From Leucoraja ocellata (lineage: Eukaryota), in NCBI GenBank assembly GCA_036785375.1, contig JAWMAR010001858.1, forward strand, positions 124,001-188,000: a stretch of 64,000 nucleotides of DNA, read 5' to 3'. Positions 1 through 13,384 of the stretch are shown piece by piece. The stretch's first letter is position 1, and the number at the start of each line of letters is the position of its first letter. The notes under the pieces were generated by a model. The model saw nothing but the letters and a program-made list of their open reading frames with translations. It ran no database searches and had not been told where the DNA came from. A program made the position numbers and the translations under genes.

Positions 1-215
1 CACACTTAGGGCCAATTTAGAAGTTTACTGAAGCCAATTAACTTACAAACCCGCACGTCTTTGAGTGTAGAAGGAAACCAGAGCACCTGGAGAAAAACCA
101 CGCAGTCACAGGGAGAATGTACAAACTCCGCACAGACAGCACCTGTAGTTAGGATCGAACCCGGGTCTTTTGCTCTGTAAGGCAGCAACTCTATGGTTAC
201 GCCACTATGCCGCCC
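1..215 (-). mobile_element. HE1-type tRNA-derived V-SINE (5' part)
   Basis: Reverse complement reads ggcggcatagtggcgt...agagttgctgccttacag...gggttcgatcct (Pol III A/B boxes) followed by the V-domain ggagtttgtacattctccc. Confidence 0.85.
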
Positions 216-965
216 TATAATGAATATTGAACACACACTGTGTAGTCCACCTGCACCAATTTAATTTGGTGCAGCTGGGATATACTATTTATTTGTGACC
301 CTAATTCAGATGTGTATGTGCATGCTATATTTCAGCTCATTTGTTACTGTGCATTTCGCTATCATTAGTGCTGCAGTACCTAGTAGCTGCCAACTGATTC
401 ACACACTAATTGACATCAGATTTCCAGTCCTTAAAGAACACCTGCCTACTAAGCCATTGCAATGCAGTAAGCATCTGGGGAACGATGTAATGAGGTAGTA
501 AAAGAAGAGGCAAGGTACGGAAGATACTGTGCCTATTGTTTCTTGGGCATAGCCCTGATATTCTTGTGAAATAGCTGAAGTAGAGGAGATATATGGTGTG
601 CACCAGGTGCTCAAGAGATCTTCAGAGAAGAAGTAGAATGTAAATTAGAGGAAGTTGGTCAACCATTTGTGAGATTTACCAGATTGCCTTTAGAATTTGA
701 AGTAACTTTGTGATCTCACTGTCTTTGCTGAGGTGGGTATTCCAACCTTTATCACTGTAGCTGATAAACTAAAACACTGAGCAGCAAGACTTATGCAACT
801 CACAGGTCGTAATTTGCAGTGTGCACCAATGGCAAGCCCATCGCAGTAGCTACATTCTTTTCTGTCATTTCATGCTCATAACCTCAGCATTTCCCATAAC
901 TGACAGCTCAAATTACACACTCAGACTCTGGAAATCTTAACAAACACTGACATATTTCCCCTTTA

Positions 966-2438
966 TATTGAAGGGACAAGGGCTGCATGGAAATACCTTG
1001 GAACGATAGACAATTAAGCCTAACATCTGTGGCAGGAAAGTTACTAGAAAGGATTCTGAGAGATAAGACCTACATGCATTTGAAGACAGTGGTTGCTTGA
1101 CAGTTTTGCACATTGGTGATTGTGTCTCATGAATTTGATTGTGTTTTTTGAAGTAACCAAAAAGGTTGATGAGGGCAGGGCTTTTGACATAGTCTATATG
1201 GACCTGCAATGCCTTTGATAAGGTTCCACATAATAGGCTACTCTGGAAGGTTAGATTGCATGGAATCCAGGAAGAGTTAGCTAACAGGACATCGAATTGG
1301 CTACATGGAAAGAAGCAGAGGGTGATTGTAGTAGTGTTCAAGAAGGAGTCTGAAGAAGGGTTTCGGCCCAAAACGTCGCCTATTTTCTTCGCTCCATAGA
1401 TGCTGCTGCACCCGCTGAGTTTCTCCAGCAATTTTGTGTACCGGTGATGGTAGTAGGTTGTTTTTCAGATTGGACGCCTGTGTCAAGATGTGTGCCTCAG
1501 GGATTGGTGCTGGGCCCATTGCTGTTTGTGGTTTATGTCAGCAAATTGGATGACAATGTAGATGGCTTGATTAGTATGTTGGCAGATGATACTAATGTAG
1601 GTGGTATTGTAGATAGCGAAGATGGTTATCAAGCAAGATCTTGATCAGCTGTGTGAGTGGGGTAAGGAATGGCTAATGGAGTTTCATTCAGATGGTGCAT
1701 TTTTGGAATCGAACAAGTTCAGGACCTTCACAGAGAACAGGGTAGATCTAGGCGTGCAGAGATATAGTTCCCTGAAAGAGGCGCCGCAGGTAGATAGGGT
1801 AGCAAAGACGACTTTTGGCACATTGGCCTTCATCAGACTGGGAATTGAGTATAGAAGTTGGGATGTTCTGTTACAGTTGTACAAGATGTCGGTGAGGCTT
1901 CACTTGGAGTATTACGTTCAATTTAGGTCACCCTGCACGAAGAAAGATACCATTAAACTGGAAACGGTGCAAGAGGTATTACGAGGATGGGTGCCAGTAC
2001 TCAAGGGTCTTAGCTATAAGGAGACATTGGGCAGGCTAAGACTTTATTCCTTGGACCACATGAAGTTGAGGTATGATCTTATGGAGATATATAAAAGCAT
2101 GAATGGAATAAATGGTGTGTATTCCAGGATAGGGGAATCAAGAACTATAGGGAACTACCATAAGTTTAAGGTGACAGAGGCGAGATTTAATAGGAGCCTA
2201 CAATAACGGAGCAACTTTTTCGCAAAGAGAGTGGGATGTATAAGGAATGAATTGCCAGAGGAAGCAGGAACAATAACCATATTTAAAGACATTTGGACAA
2301 CTACATGGATAGAAAGGATTTAGAGGGATATGGGCCAAATGAAGGTAAATGGAACAAACTGTGATGAGGCATCTTGGTCGGCATGGACAAGTTGGGCCGA
2401 AGGGCCAGATTTTTTCTTGCATGACTATATGTCTCTAA
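966..2438 (+). mobile_element. Decayed CR1/HER1-type LINE, RT and 3' region, interrupted by a Penelope unit
   Basis: Motifs VPQGLVLGPLLF, LADDT, VRLHLEYYVQF and a CR1 3'UTR; several frameshifts. Confidence 0.9.
1335..1442 (+). mobile_element. Short Penelope-derived hammerhead unit inserted in CR1
   Basis: CTGAAGAAGGGTTTCGGCCC-AAAACGTC core at 1350 (G12 mutated to A). Flanked by ggtgat[t/g]gtagtag at 1321-1334 and 1443-1456. Confidence 0.85.
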
Positions 2439-4338
2439 CAGGCTGTCTAGAACAGTTAGCTCTCCCACCAAGATGGACCCACCGACATGCTTACCACCTA
2501 AGGATGTCTCAGCTGGAGAGGAATTTAAGCTCTTCGGCAACCCACATAAATACTTTCTGTACTCGTAGCTACCCACAGCTTTCTATGCCTGCTTGCGTGC
2601 TGAGCACTACCTCCAACTAAACCCCACAAGCTGTTTTAGGCTTTATCACTGCAGTCACATCTAATACGACCCCCTCAGCCCTCACCCCATATAGGAGATA
2701 TCTGCAGAGAAGGAATATAGTGCATCCGTGGACATGACCTGCAGTGTGGTGCTTTAGTGAGCAGGTGTTCTTTAAAGACTGCAGCCCTGATGTCAATTAG
2801 TGTGGTAATGAGGTAGTGCCTATGTGGAATTGCCTGACAACTCCAAGTACCAGTTCAGATGCTGGCACTGCAAGGACTAGCCATAAGCACCATTTTCACA
2901 TGAGAAAACACTGGCACTAATAGGCTGTAATAAGGCCAGAGGACCAGAGAGGCTAATGTGTCAGCTCTCTGCAAGGCACATTCGCATATCAGTTTTGCTA
3001 CAAACAGTTCAGATGAAGACCGTGTTAGTAGAATGTGTTGGAAGACTGCACATGGAAATGTTGTCCAGGTTGCAAGATCAACACAAAGGCACTGGAGTGA
3101 CTCAGCTGGTCATGCAGCAGAAAAAGGACGGGTAACGTTTGGAACATTATCATCACATGTTCCGAGGTACAGTGACTTTTTTTGGAACCTATCTCCACCC
3201 ATCCATTTTCTCTAGAGATTCTGCCTGACCTGCTGAGTTACACCAGCATTTTGTGTCCATCTTTGGTATAAACCTGCATCTGCAGTTCCTTCCTACATAT
3301 TTTGTGTGCTTTCAAGGACAAACAAGAAATATTTGGGGAATTAATCTCTAACCTATGGCAGGACTTTCTAAGGAATCAGAGGCGCACCCATTCCCATTGG
3401 GAACTGGTTGACACCTCAGTGACATTTGCACTCCCACAGTTGAAGGAGAAGATTTATGCTCATACTGAGACATAGATCGAGACTGGTCAATGTGTGTGAG
3501 CCACAGTTCAATCAATCTTCTCCTATCAGCAACCCACTTGTGGTCACCCTGAAGTAGGCCGCTGTTGTCAGGCACGGGAACGACCAATCTGATGCACATT
3601 TCTTCCCATCAAGGCGCAGAGAGCTGCCATTACATAACCAGAAAAAGACACAAAGTGATGGAGTAACTCAGCGTCCCGAGATAGTTGAATAGATTTGTGC
3701 CTTTTTTTTAAAAAGCAGCATCTGCAGTTCCTTTTTTCTGTATTACAGAACCAAAGGCAGAGGTAGCGATGGTGTGACCTTTATTACACCACATGAGAGT
3801 GCCCTTTATATACCTGATCCCTAAGGAGTCATGCAGATGTGCAATGCTTTCTCAGATTGCCAGCATGTTTGCTGTGGTTGTTGGTTCTCTGCTGTGCCTT
3901 CATAGATATACCACCGGCACTGAACGCATACTGATGCCCTTCAACCATTGCGGTCTGGAGCAGTGTGTAGGCTTCCGTCAGGGTCATCAACAAACAAGCC
4001 GCTGAAATGGAACAACGTTCCACCGTTCCGGCTGCCTCCAGAGCAGGAACACCACGGAGGGTGCTAGCAAAGGAACACCAAGCATAAACGCCGACCAATT
4101 GTTAGCTTCATTGCACTTTAATGATCTGAAAATTAATGTTCACTTAACTTTAACCGTGGGGCCGCCAGCAGCAGGCCTGCCTCACCCACCCTAGAGGTGA
4201 GGAGCCCGGTCTCGAGAGGGAAGCCACCAAACCCGGCCCCTGCTCATACCGGAGGACTGGAGAGGAGGGTGGAGAGAGTCAAGATGGCTGCGACGTCACC
4301 AGGCGCAAAGAACAGGAGTCAGTAAGAGGAAGTGGGAC

Positions 4339-4428
4339 CTGAAGAAGGGTCTCAATCCGAAACGTCACCCATTCCTTCTCTCCACAGATGCTGCCTGTCC
4401 CGCTGAGTTACTCATTTTGTGTCTATCT
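4339..4428 (+). mobile_element. Short Penelope-derived hammerhead unit (older subfamily)
   Basis: CTGAAGAAGGGTCTCAATCCGAAACGTCacccattcc...gatgctgcctgtcccgctgagttact. Confidence 0.8.
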
Positions 4429-4654
4429 TGGTTTCTTACCTTCCGTTGAATCTGAATGTCGGCTTCGGGAGGCCTCCCCTCTCTGGGCACAAAGGCTGAA
4501 CGGTTGTGACACAAGGAGCAGACCGATATGAAGATCCAGACTGAGGCAACAACTGGAGGCCCTGCAGTAGCCTGGGGCTCAACTGGATTTAGCTCCGTCA
4601 CAAGAGACCAACTGCACAGACCAGACATGGTCTGCAGTAGGACAGAGTGGTGAA

Positions 4655-4832
4655 ACATAGAAAAATAAATGCAGGAGTAGGCCATTCGGCCCTTTGAGCC
4701 AGCACCGGCATTCAATATGATCATGGCTGATCAACCAAAATTAGTACCCCATTCCTGCTTTCTCCCCATATCCCATGATTCCGTTAGCCCCAAGAGCTGC
4801 ATCTAACTCTCTTGAAAACATCCAGCAAATTG
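4655..4832 (-). mobile_element. CR1/HER1 LINE 3' end fragment
   Basis: Reverse complement of the CR1 3'UTR (gaatggcctactcctgc...tttctatgttt tail). Confidence 0.8.
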
Positions 4833-5068
4833 GAGCAGTAATGGAGGACACCTACAGATTTGCTCCGCCAGGCTGACCCAGCAACACCGCCACCTGGACA
4901 TCGGGCCTTTATGGCCAGTTGCACTTAAAGCAATTTGGACTTTGAAAATGGCGACAAAACCTGGCGACTTTTGTATATTGCGTCAGTGGACTATTTCTAT
5001 ATACCTCATGCTTAATCTACAGTAATATTTAATACAGTAATATTTTACTGAACTGAAAGCAAACTGCA

Positions 5069-6240
5069 CCTGGACTTTCAGAAAACATTTGATAAGGTCC
5101 CACATAGGAGATTAGTGGGCAGAATTAGGGCACATGGTATTGGGGGTAGAGTGCTGACATGGATAGAGAAGTGGTTGGCTGACAGGAAACAAAGAGTAGG
5201 GATTAACGGGTCCCTTTCAGAATGGCAGGCAGTGACTAGTGGGGTACCGCAAGGCTCGGTGCTGGGGCCGCAGCTATTTACAATATACATCAATGATTTG
5301 GATGAAGGGATTCAAAGTAACATTAGCAAATTTGTAGATGACACAAAGCTGGGTGGCAGTGTGAACTGTGAGGAGGATGCTATGAGAATGCAGGGTGACT
5401 TGGACAGGTTGGGGGAGTGGGCAGATGCATGGCAGATGAAGTTTAATGCAGATAAATGTGAGGTTATCCACTTTGGTAGCAAAAACACGAAGGCAGATTA
5501 CTATCTAAATGGCGTCAAGTTGGGAAAAGGGGAAGTACAATGGGATCTGGGGGTCCTTGTACATCTACGGAAGTAAGCATGCAGGTACAGCAGGCAGTGA
5601 AGAAAGCGAAAGACATATTGGCCTTTATAACAAGAGGAGTCGAATATAGGAGCAAAAGGGTCCTTCTGCAGTTGTACAGAGCCCTAGTGAGACCACACCT
5701 GGAGTATTGTGTGCAGTTTTGGTCCGCTAATTTGAGGAAGTACATTCTTGATATTGAGGGTGTGCAGCGTAGGTTTACAAGGTAATTCCCGGGATGGCGG
5801 GATTGTCATATGCTGAGAGAATGTAGCAGCTGGGCTTGTACATTCTGAAGTTTAGAAGGATGAGAGGGTATCTCATTGAAACATATAAGATTGTTAAGGG
5901 TTTGGACACGCAAGAGGCAGGAAACATGTTGGGGGAGTCCAGAACCAGGGGCCACAGTTTAAGAATAAGGAGTAAGCCATTTAGAATGGAGACGAGGAAA
6001 CACTTTTTCTCACAGAGAGTGGTGAGTCTGTGGAATTCTCTGCCTCAGAGGGCAGTGGAGGCAGGTTCTCTGGATGTTTTCAAGAGAGAGCTAGATAGGG
6101 CTCTTAAACATAGCGGAGTCAAGGGTTATGGGGAGAAGGCAGGAACGGGGTACGGATTGGAGATGATCCGCCATGATCACATTGAATGGCCGTGCTGGCT
6201 CGAAGGCCCGAATGGCCTACCCTGCACCTATTGTCTATTG
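5069..6240 (+). mobile_element. 5'-truncated young CR1/HER1 LINE (RT domain to 3' tail)
   Basis: [39 protein letters not shown]; ends in the ctattgtctattg tail. Near-identical to the copy at about 57260-58265. Confidence 0.95.
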
Positions 6241-6501
6241 GAAGATGTGACGATAAAATGCCATTTAACTTTTTTGTCTAATCAGGAGTAATCAATGGCC
6301 TCCATAATGCTGTGGTCTCAGCATGCTGAGATATTTTCCAATCTGGAGGAATGCAAGGATTCTAAAGTTTGGAGTAACAATGACCCCAACCACTTTGTGG
6401 AGACCCTTCCAAGGATGGATGCATCGTGCAGCTGTGTCTCCACAGAGTCAAATTTCTGTCTCCACTAATTTACTCTCTGGATATGAATGCAAGCCCTTAC
6501 T

Positions 6502-7005
6502 CTCAAGAGAGTCAAGAGTCAATTTAATTGTCATTTGGACCCCTTGAGGTCCAAACGAAATGCCGTTTCTGCAGCCATACATTACAAACAAATAGACCCC
6601 AGACACAACATAAAGAGTCCCGCGGCCATTCCAAGCCGCGCGGGGCTGTGATGTTAGGCCCCGCTCCAGGAGCTCTTCGACCCCGCAACTCGGGCGGGAG
6701 AAGTCGCCGTTGCAGGAGCCCTGAAAAGCGGTCTCCCTCCAGGGACCCGCGGGCTCCCGATGCCGCCGTCCGCAGACCCGCAGTTGCAGCCTCCGAATCA
6801 GCAGCAGCAGCAGCAGCAGCGCTCCACCACCGCTCCACCTGCTCTGGACTCGGCCAGCTCCGCGACGGTGAGGTGAGTCGGCACCAGAGTCCCCGGTCTT
6901 CTTCTGTTGGAGGCCGCTCCTCATTGCAGCCCCAACGACAACGGAGACCCGACAAGAAAAGGTCGGGTCTCCCGTGCAGGGAGAGATTTAAAAAGTTATA
7001 CCTCC
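6502..7005 (-). mobile_element. GC-rich non-autonomous element with a Rex1/Babar-like 3' tail
   Basis: Reverse complement ends ...aaacggcatttcgtttggacctc...caaatgacaattaaattgactcttgactc (poly-A-like signal plus short repeat tail). CpG-rich body with a (CAG)n tract; architecture similar to 58362-59215. Confidence 0.6.
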
Positions 7006-7054
7006 AGCTCATGCAGTAGAAAGAGTAGAACCATCACCAAGGCACCGATGACAA

Positions 7055-7295
7055 AGAGGGCGTTTAGTCAGAGGGTAGTGAATCTGTAGAATTCATTGTC
7101 ACACATGGCTGTGGAGACCTAGATAATGGATATTGTTAAGGCGGAGATTGACAGATTCTTGATTAGTATGGGTGTCAGGGGATATGGGGCAAATGAGGAG
7201 AATGGGGTTGAGAGGGAAAGATAGATCAGCCATGATTGAATAGCAGACTAGACCTGATGGGCTGAATGGCCTAATTCAGCTGTTAGAACCTATGA
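7055..7295 (+). mobile_element. CR1 LINE 3' end fragment
   Basis: tttagtcagagggtagtgaatctg...agatagatcagccatgattgaat...gggctgaatggcctaatt. Confidence 0.8.
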
Positions 7296-7871
7296 AGGTG
7301 GTAACTGAATAAATGACAATACACCTTGCTCATTCCGTCAAACACTGCATATAAATAATTGGAAAGTGTTCTTTGATGAATAAACAAACAAAGTGAAGAA
7401 TAGCACTTAAAATAGTGGAGCTGCAGTGAAAGCTGTGCAGGGAAAAATATGACCCAATTTCAGTGCCTAACACTCCAGATGAACGATTGGTGCTATTCCA
7501 CACACTATGGTGTGCCGTACATGGGACTATTGGATTGAATTTCATGAACTTAATCACATCATACAGAATGACTGGCTTTCCACAACGCACATTCAGAAAC
7601 CTATAGACAAGTTTAAAAAAACCCCATGAATCAATGTCTTGACTTGTCTCTTTTAAGTCTTGCATTACAATTGAGTTTCTAGCACATTTCAGCAAGGGAC
7701 TCGGCTTTTACAAGCTTAGGAATAATTTAAATTCAGCCTACGCGGTACTGTATTTGCTTATATGAGATAAATTTCATCAAACAGCTTCTTACTGTGCAGT
7801 AATTGTTTCCTGTTTCAAGGTAGACAGACTGTACTGGTGGATGTTTGCACAGCATTTGATATTAAATCAAT

Positions 7872-9100
7872 CTCAAGTCCAAGTTCAAGAGAGTTTATTG
7901 TCATGTGTCCCTGATAGGACAATGAAATTCTTGCTTTGCTTCAGCACAACAGAACATAGTAGGCATTGACTACAAAACAGATCAGTCTGTCCATATACCA
8001 TTATATAAATATATACATACATGAATAAATAAACTGATGAAGTGCAAATAACAGATAATGGGCTATTAATGTTCAGAGTTTTGTCCGAGCCAAGTTTAAT
8101 AGCCTGATGGCTGTGGGGAAGTAGCTATTCCTGAACCTGGTCGTTGCAGTCTTCAGGCTCCTGTACCTTCTACCTGAAGGTAGCAGGGAGATGAGTGTGG
8201 GGCCAGGATGGTGTGGGTCCTTGATGATACTGCCAGCCTTTTTGAGGCAGCGACTGTGATAGATCCCTTCGATGGAAGGGAGGTCAGAGCTGATGATGGA
8301 CTGGGCTGTGTTTACTACTTTTTATAGTCTTTTCCTCTCCAGGGCGCTCAAGTTGCCGAACCAAGCCACGATGCAATTGGTCAGCATGCTCTCTACTGTG
8401 CACCTGCAGATGTTAGAGAGAGTCCTCCTTGACAAACCGACTCTCCGTAATCTTCTCAGGAAGTAGAGGCGCTGATGTGCTTTCTTAATAATGGCATCAG
8501 TGTTCTCGGACCAGAAAAGATCTTCAGAGATGTGCACACCCAGGAATTTGAAGCTCTTGACACTTTCAACCATAAACGGGACTGTGGGTCCCCGTCCTAC
8601 TCCTTCCAAAGTCCACAATCAGTTCCTTGGTTTTGCTGGTGTTGAGGGCCAGGTTATTGCGCTGGCACCATATGGGCAGTTGCTTGATCTCTCTTCTATA
8701 CTCCGATTCATCCCCATCAGTGATACGTCCCACAACAGTGGTGTCGTCAGCGAAATTGATGATGGAGTTCGCACTATGACCGGCTTCGCAGTCATGGGTA
8801 TAGAGTGAGTACAGCAGGGGGCTGAGCACGCAGCCTTGAGGTGCTCCCGTGCTGATTGTTATCGAGGCTGACACATTTCCACCAATAGGAACAGACTGTG
8901 GTCTGTGAATGAGGAAGCCGAGGATCCAATTGCAGAGGGATGCGCAGAGACCCAATTCTGCGAGTTTGGTAACCAGAGGGGATGATTGTATTAAATGCCG
9001 AACTGTAATCAATGAATAACAGCCTGACATATGAGTTTTTGGTGTCCAAGTGGTCCAGAGCGGAGTGGAGGGCCAGCGAGATCGCATCCACCGTTGATCT
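7872..9100 (-). mobile_element. Rex1/Babar-clade LINE, 5'-truncated
   Basis: [62 protein letters not shown]; aataaa plus repeat tail near 7872-7900. Confidence 0.93.
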
Positions 9101-9859
9101 GAGTCTTTTCATTCAACTCCAGCACTGCTGGAGACTTTTAGCAGAAATCTTGCCTAATGGTGTGGGCACCAAGGTGAGATGGCGGCAATTGTCACTGTCA
9201 ATGTAATAAGATACACACCCCATTGTCCTTGTCTGTGAAATGTTGTTTTGGGCTAAATGTCACTATATTATAATCCAGTTTTATGTATAAAAAATTAAAT
9301 GTAATATGTTAAAACTAATCCCATAACTCCAAACACTTTAACGCCATAACTCTATTGATTTTTGTCTTGAAAGTACTCAGCTACAGAGGAGAGGACTATA
9401 AAGCCACTACCCATTGGGTGAAGACATTTCTTCTCAACTCAGTCCAGAAAACCTCATAAATGTGCCCAAGGTACTGGGCCATCTTCAATCCACCATCAAT
9501 ACCTTCATTGAATATCTTGCCTTTGCTTGTCAATGCTCAGGCTGAGTGAACATGGTATTGAATGGTCAGAGACTGAAGCTTGAAGCATACCTATTTCCGA
9601 GGCTGGATCCACAACTGTACATTAACACATGGATGCCATCAATTGAAGACTCAATTAACTACTCATCAAGCAAGCAGTCTCTATGGTGCAGATTTACTAG
9701 CCCGAGGGACCCAAGCCCGTACCACCTCAATCAACCATAGAATACTTCACACCAGTAGGGAGCAAGTCAGTGCACACTAGAGCTGTGTGATTGATTATTT
9801 CTCCTTGGCTTCCAGTTATGAAGTATTTAGCTCCACCTTGCATTCAGAGAGAAGTTACA

Positions 9860-10275
9860 ACAGATGAACTGCTTGTGAAGGGAAGAGAAGGAGTGAGGTC
9901 ACCTGAAATTGGAGAATGCAATGCACATGCCATCTGGTTGTAGACTACCCAAACGGAATATGAGGTTCTGATCTTCAAGGTTCCATGAGGCCGCAATGGT
10001 GGAGGCTGAGGACAGACAGGTCTGTGTGGGAATGGGAATTGAAGTCTCCAACAACCAGGTGCTCCAGCAGACACTTGCGGACAGAACGCAATTGTTCAGC
10101 AAAGTGGATCACCTAGTGTATGCTTGGTCTCCAGAGGAGACCACATCAAGAACACTGAGGGTGAAGGAGATGAATGTAAAACCTCCATCTCTCCTGGCAG
10201 GGCTGTTTAGGTTCTTGAATGAGGGAGGAGGTGCAGGAACAGGTGTTGCACCTCCGGTGGTTGCAGTAGCCAACC
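9860..10275 (-). mobile_element. Old degraded Neptune-type Penelope-like element (GIY-YIG region)
   Basis: Fragments CNHRRCNTC and LEDQNLIFRLGSLQPDGMCIAFSNFR are homologous to the element at 28942. Confidence 0.8.
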
Positions 10276-11424
10276 CAGGTAGCTATGTCATCCAAACCTT
10301 GATGCACATCGCAAAGAAAAGCCCACTCACTAAGTTTAACATTGGGAACTGGAAGTCCCACTTGACAAGTGAGGATACTATTATTTGAAATGGTAAATTT
10401 GCAATTGATAAATTAATATATTGATGGTATCAATTCTGTGCAGCTCTGAAACAAAATTGTACCTCAGAAATGTCTGCATGCCAGTGTTTTTCTGGAGGAC
10501 CTCCATCGTTAACATTGCTCACCTCCTGCTTAAAAAGTGATCCTACTCCCTCCTAGTTCTTTGAGATTCAAGTTTACTTATTTCCACAGCTTTGTGAGTC
10601 CTCAGGTGACTGAAATTCCTTTACAGGAGGCATAAACCTTGCCACAAGTGGGGCATGTAACGCTTGGAAGATTGTTAATTGAGACATTGGGAAGTTCTTC
10701 CACTTTTAACATCTGGCCTCCTCATGGTCCCATTATGGAGACACAAGGTTTTCAATGCCTGCTTGGGGCACAAAACAAATTAAGATATCTATCTGCAAAT
10801 GACAGTACAGCAAGCATTTTGCACTGGGAGATGGTAAATGTATAACTCAATGATAGCCACTCTATGGTCTCATTGCTCAAAAGTTCTGCCTGTTTAGGAA
10901 AGGGTAAATTGAAGCATCCTTCAAACATCTTTTAAACTGACCTCGCCCTGTATTCCCCACTTTCCTGACAAATAAATAGTTTTGCCAGCAGCATTCCTGT
11001 CCGTTAATTAAACCTTGCATCAGTGAACTCAACTCCCTGTTAGTTAATCTGCTGAATTAGTTTGTTAGCGCATAATGAATAATGTTCGCCTCAGCTCCTA
11101 GAGCATGAAGTTCATCACCAACTGAAGATTTCAGACAGCAGATTAAAAAGTGTCCTGAAACCAAGTGGGCAATTTTATTAATTGTCACATGTTTTTGATC
11201 CTGCATTTTGTGCTGGGATTTTGATTGTTACAGATTTCAGCTTATATAAAGATTTAATTTAATACTTGATTACGGAAGTCAGGTGTCACAGTCTAAATTT
11301 CTCCCTAGCCACAGTAACATCACGGACAAGCACCCCTTTAGTTTGTCAGACTTTGTGGTTTATGTATTAAACGATTCAATCTTTACTGGAATTTCAACAA
11401 GTAGAATGTCCTATCGAAGATCAT

Positions 11425-11750
11425 GGATAATGTTGGGCGAGTCCAGAACCAGGGGCCACAGTCTTAGAATAAAGGGGAGGTCATTTAAGAATGAGGTGCG
11501 AAAAAACTTTTTCACCCATGGAATTTATGGAATTCCCTGCCACAGAGGGCATTGGAGGCCAAATCACTGGATTGATTTAAGAGAGAGTTAGATAGAGCTC
11601 TAGGGGCTTGTGGAGTCAAGGGATATGGGGAGAAGGCAGGCACGGGTAATTGATATGGGACGACCAGCCATAATCACAATGAATGGCGGTGCTGGTTCGA
11701 AGGGCCAAATGGCCTCCTCCTGCACCTATTTTCTATGTTTCTATGTTTCT
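11425..11750 (+). mobile_element. CR1 LINE 3' end
   Basis: MLGESRTRGHSLRIKG followed by the 3'UTR with a (ttctatgt)n tail. Confidence 0.9.
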
Positions 11751-11921
11751 ATCACATTTGGGTATTACCTGCCAAAACAATCAACCTTTCCTGATCCCTT
11801 CTATGTGCATCTGGTTTGATGGATAATAGCACCCCAACACCCCCCCCCCCCCCCCCCCCCCCAGTTTCTGGAGACTCTCATTAGGCTAAATATTAAAACA
11901 TGCATTTTAACTGCTCTCTTA

Positions 11922-12748
11922 CATAGAAACATAGAAACACAGAAAATAGGTGCAGGAGTAGGCCATTCGGCCCTTCGAGCCTGCACCGCCATTCAATATG
12001 ATCATGGCTGATTATCCAACTCAGTATCCCGTACCTGCCTTCTCTCCATACCCCCTGATCCCTTTAGCCACAAGGGCCACATCTAACTCCCTCTTAAATA
12101 TAGCCAATGAACTGGCCTCAACTACCTTCTGCGGGAGAGAATTCCAGACATTCACCACTCTCCGTGTGAAAAAAGTTTTCCTCTTCTCGGTCCTAAAAGA
12201 TTTCCCCTTTATCCTTAAACTGTGACCCCTTGTTCTGGACTTCCCCAACATCGGGAACAATCTTTCTGCATCTAGCCTGTCCAACCCCTTAAGAATTTTG
12301 TAAGTTTCTATAAGATCCCCCCTCAATCTTCTAAATTCTAGCGAGTACAAACCAAGTCTATCCAGTCTTTATTCATATTAAAGTCCTGACATCCCAGGAA
12401 TCAGTCTGGTGAACCTTCTCTGTACTCTCTCTATGGCAAGAATGTCTTTCCTCAGATTAGGAGACCAAAACTGTACGCAATACTCCAGGTGTGGTCTCAC
12501 CAGGACCCTGTACAACTGCAGTAGAACCTCCCTGCTCCTATACTCAAATCCTTTTGCTATGAATGCTAACATACCATTCGCCTTCTTCACTGCCTGCTGC
12601 ACCTGCATGCCTACTTTTAATGACTGATGTACCGTGACATCCAGGTACATCTCCCCCTTTCCTAATCGGCCACCATTCAGATAATAATCTACTTTCCTGT
12701 TTTTGCCACCAAAGTGGATAACCTCACATTTATCCACATTTATCCACA
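11922..12748 (-). mobile_element. Young CR1 LINE, 3' part
   Basis: VRPHLEYCVQFWSP and YSLEFRRLRGDLIETYKIL; near-identical to 49752-50430. Confidence 0.93.
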
Positions 12749-13384
12749 TTACCATGCAATTGAATCTATATTTCTTGAGGACCAACAGAAGAATGGTATT
12801 AATTAGAAAGGATTCAGTGTATCAATGCAAGGGTCTGCTTAGACTCCCACCTAGTGGTTTGTTTGTAGGTTGTCTTTATTTATAGTACATTCAGAAAGTA
12901 TTCAGACCCCTTCACTGTTTCCACATATTGTTACGTTTCAACCTTATTCTAAAATGGATTAGATTCTTTTTTTTTTATCATCACTCTGCACACAACACCC
13001 CATAATAAAAAAGCAAAAACAGGTGTTTTGTAATATTTGCAAAGTAATTGAAAAGAAATAACTGAAATATCACATTTATATACGTATTCAGACCTTTTAT
13101 TCAGTACTTTGTTGAGGCACCTTTGGCAGTGATTACAGCCTCATGTCTTCTTGGGTATGGCCTGTATTCGGGTAATTTGGGTAAGCTTGGCAAACCTGTA
13201 TTTGGGTCATTTCTCCCATTCTTCTCTGTAGATATAGACAACAGATGCAGGAGTAGGCCATTTAGCCCTTTGAGCCAGCACCACTATTCAATGTGATCAT
13301 GGCTGATCATCCACAATCGGTACCCCGTTCTTGCCTTCTCCCCATATCCCCTGACTCCTCTCAAGCTCTGTCAGGTTGAATGAA

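Noticed and set aside
6448-7019. Overlapping 158-163 aa ORFs on both strands (likewise 58450-59160)
   Set aside because: Low-complexity translations of GC-rich repeats that lack stop codons for compositional reasons; no protein motifs.
7800-7870. Possible upstream NWD2 exon (ttcaag|GTA GAC AGA CTG TAC TGG, VDRLYW, resembling VIDLYWG)
   Set aside because: Similarity does not continue, and the frame runs into a Rex1 tail without a suitable donor. The 5' exons are probably outside the window.
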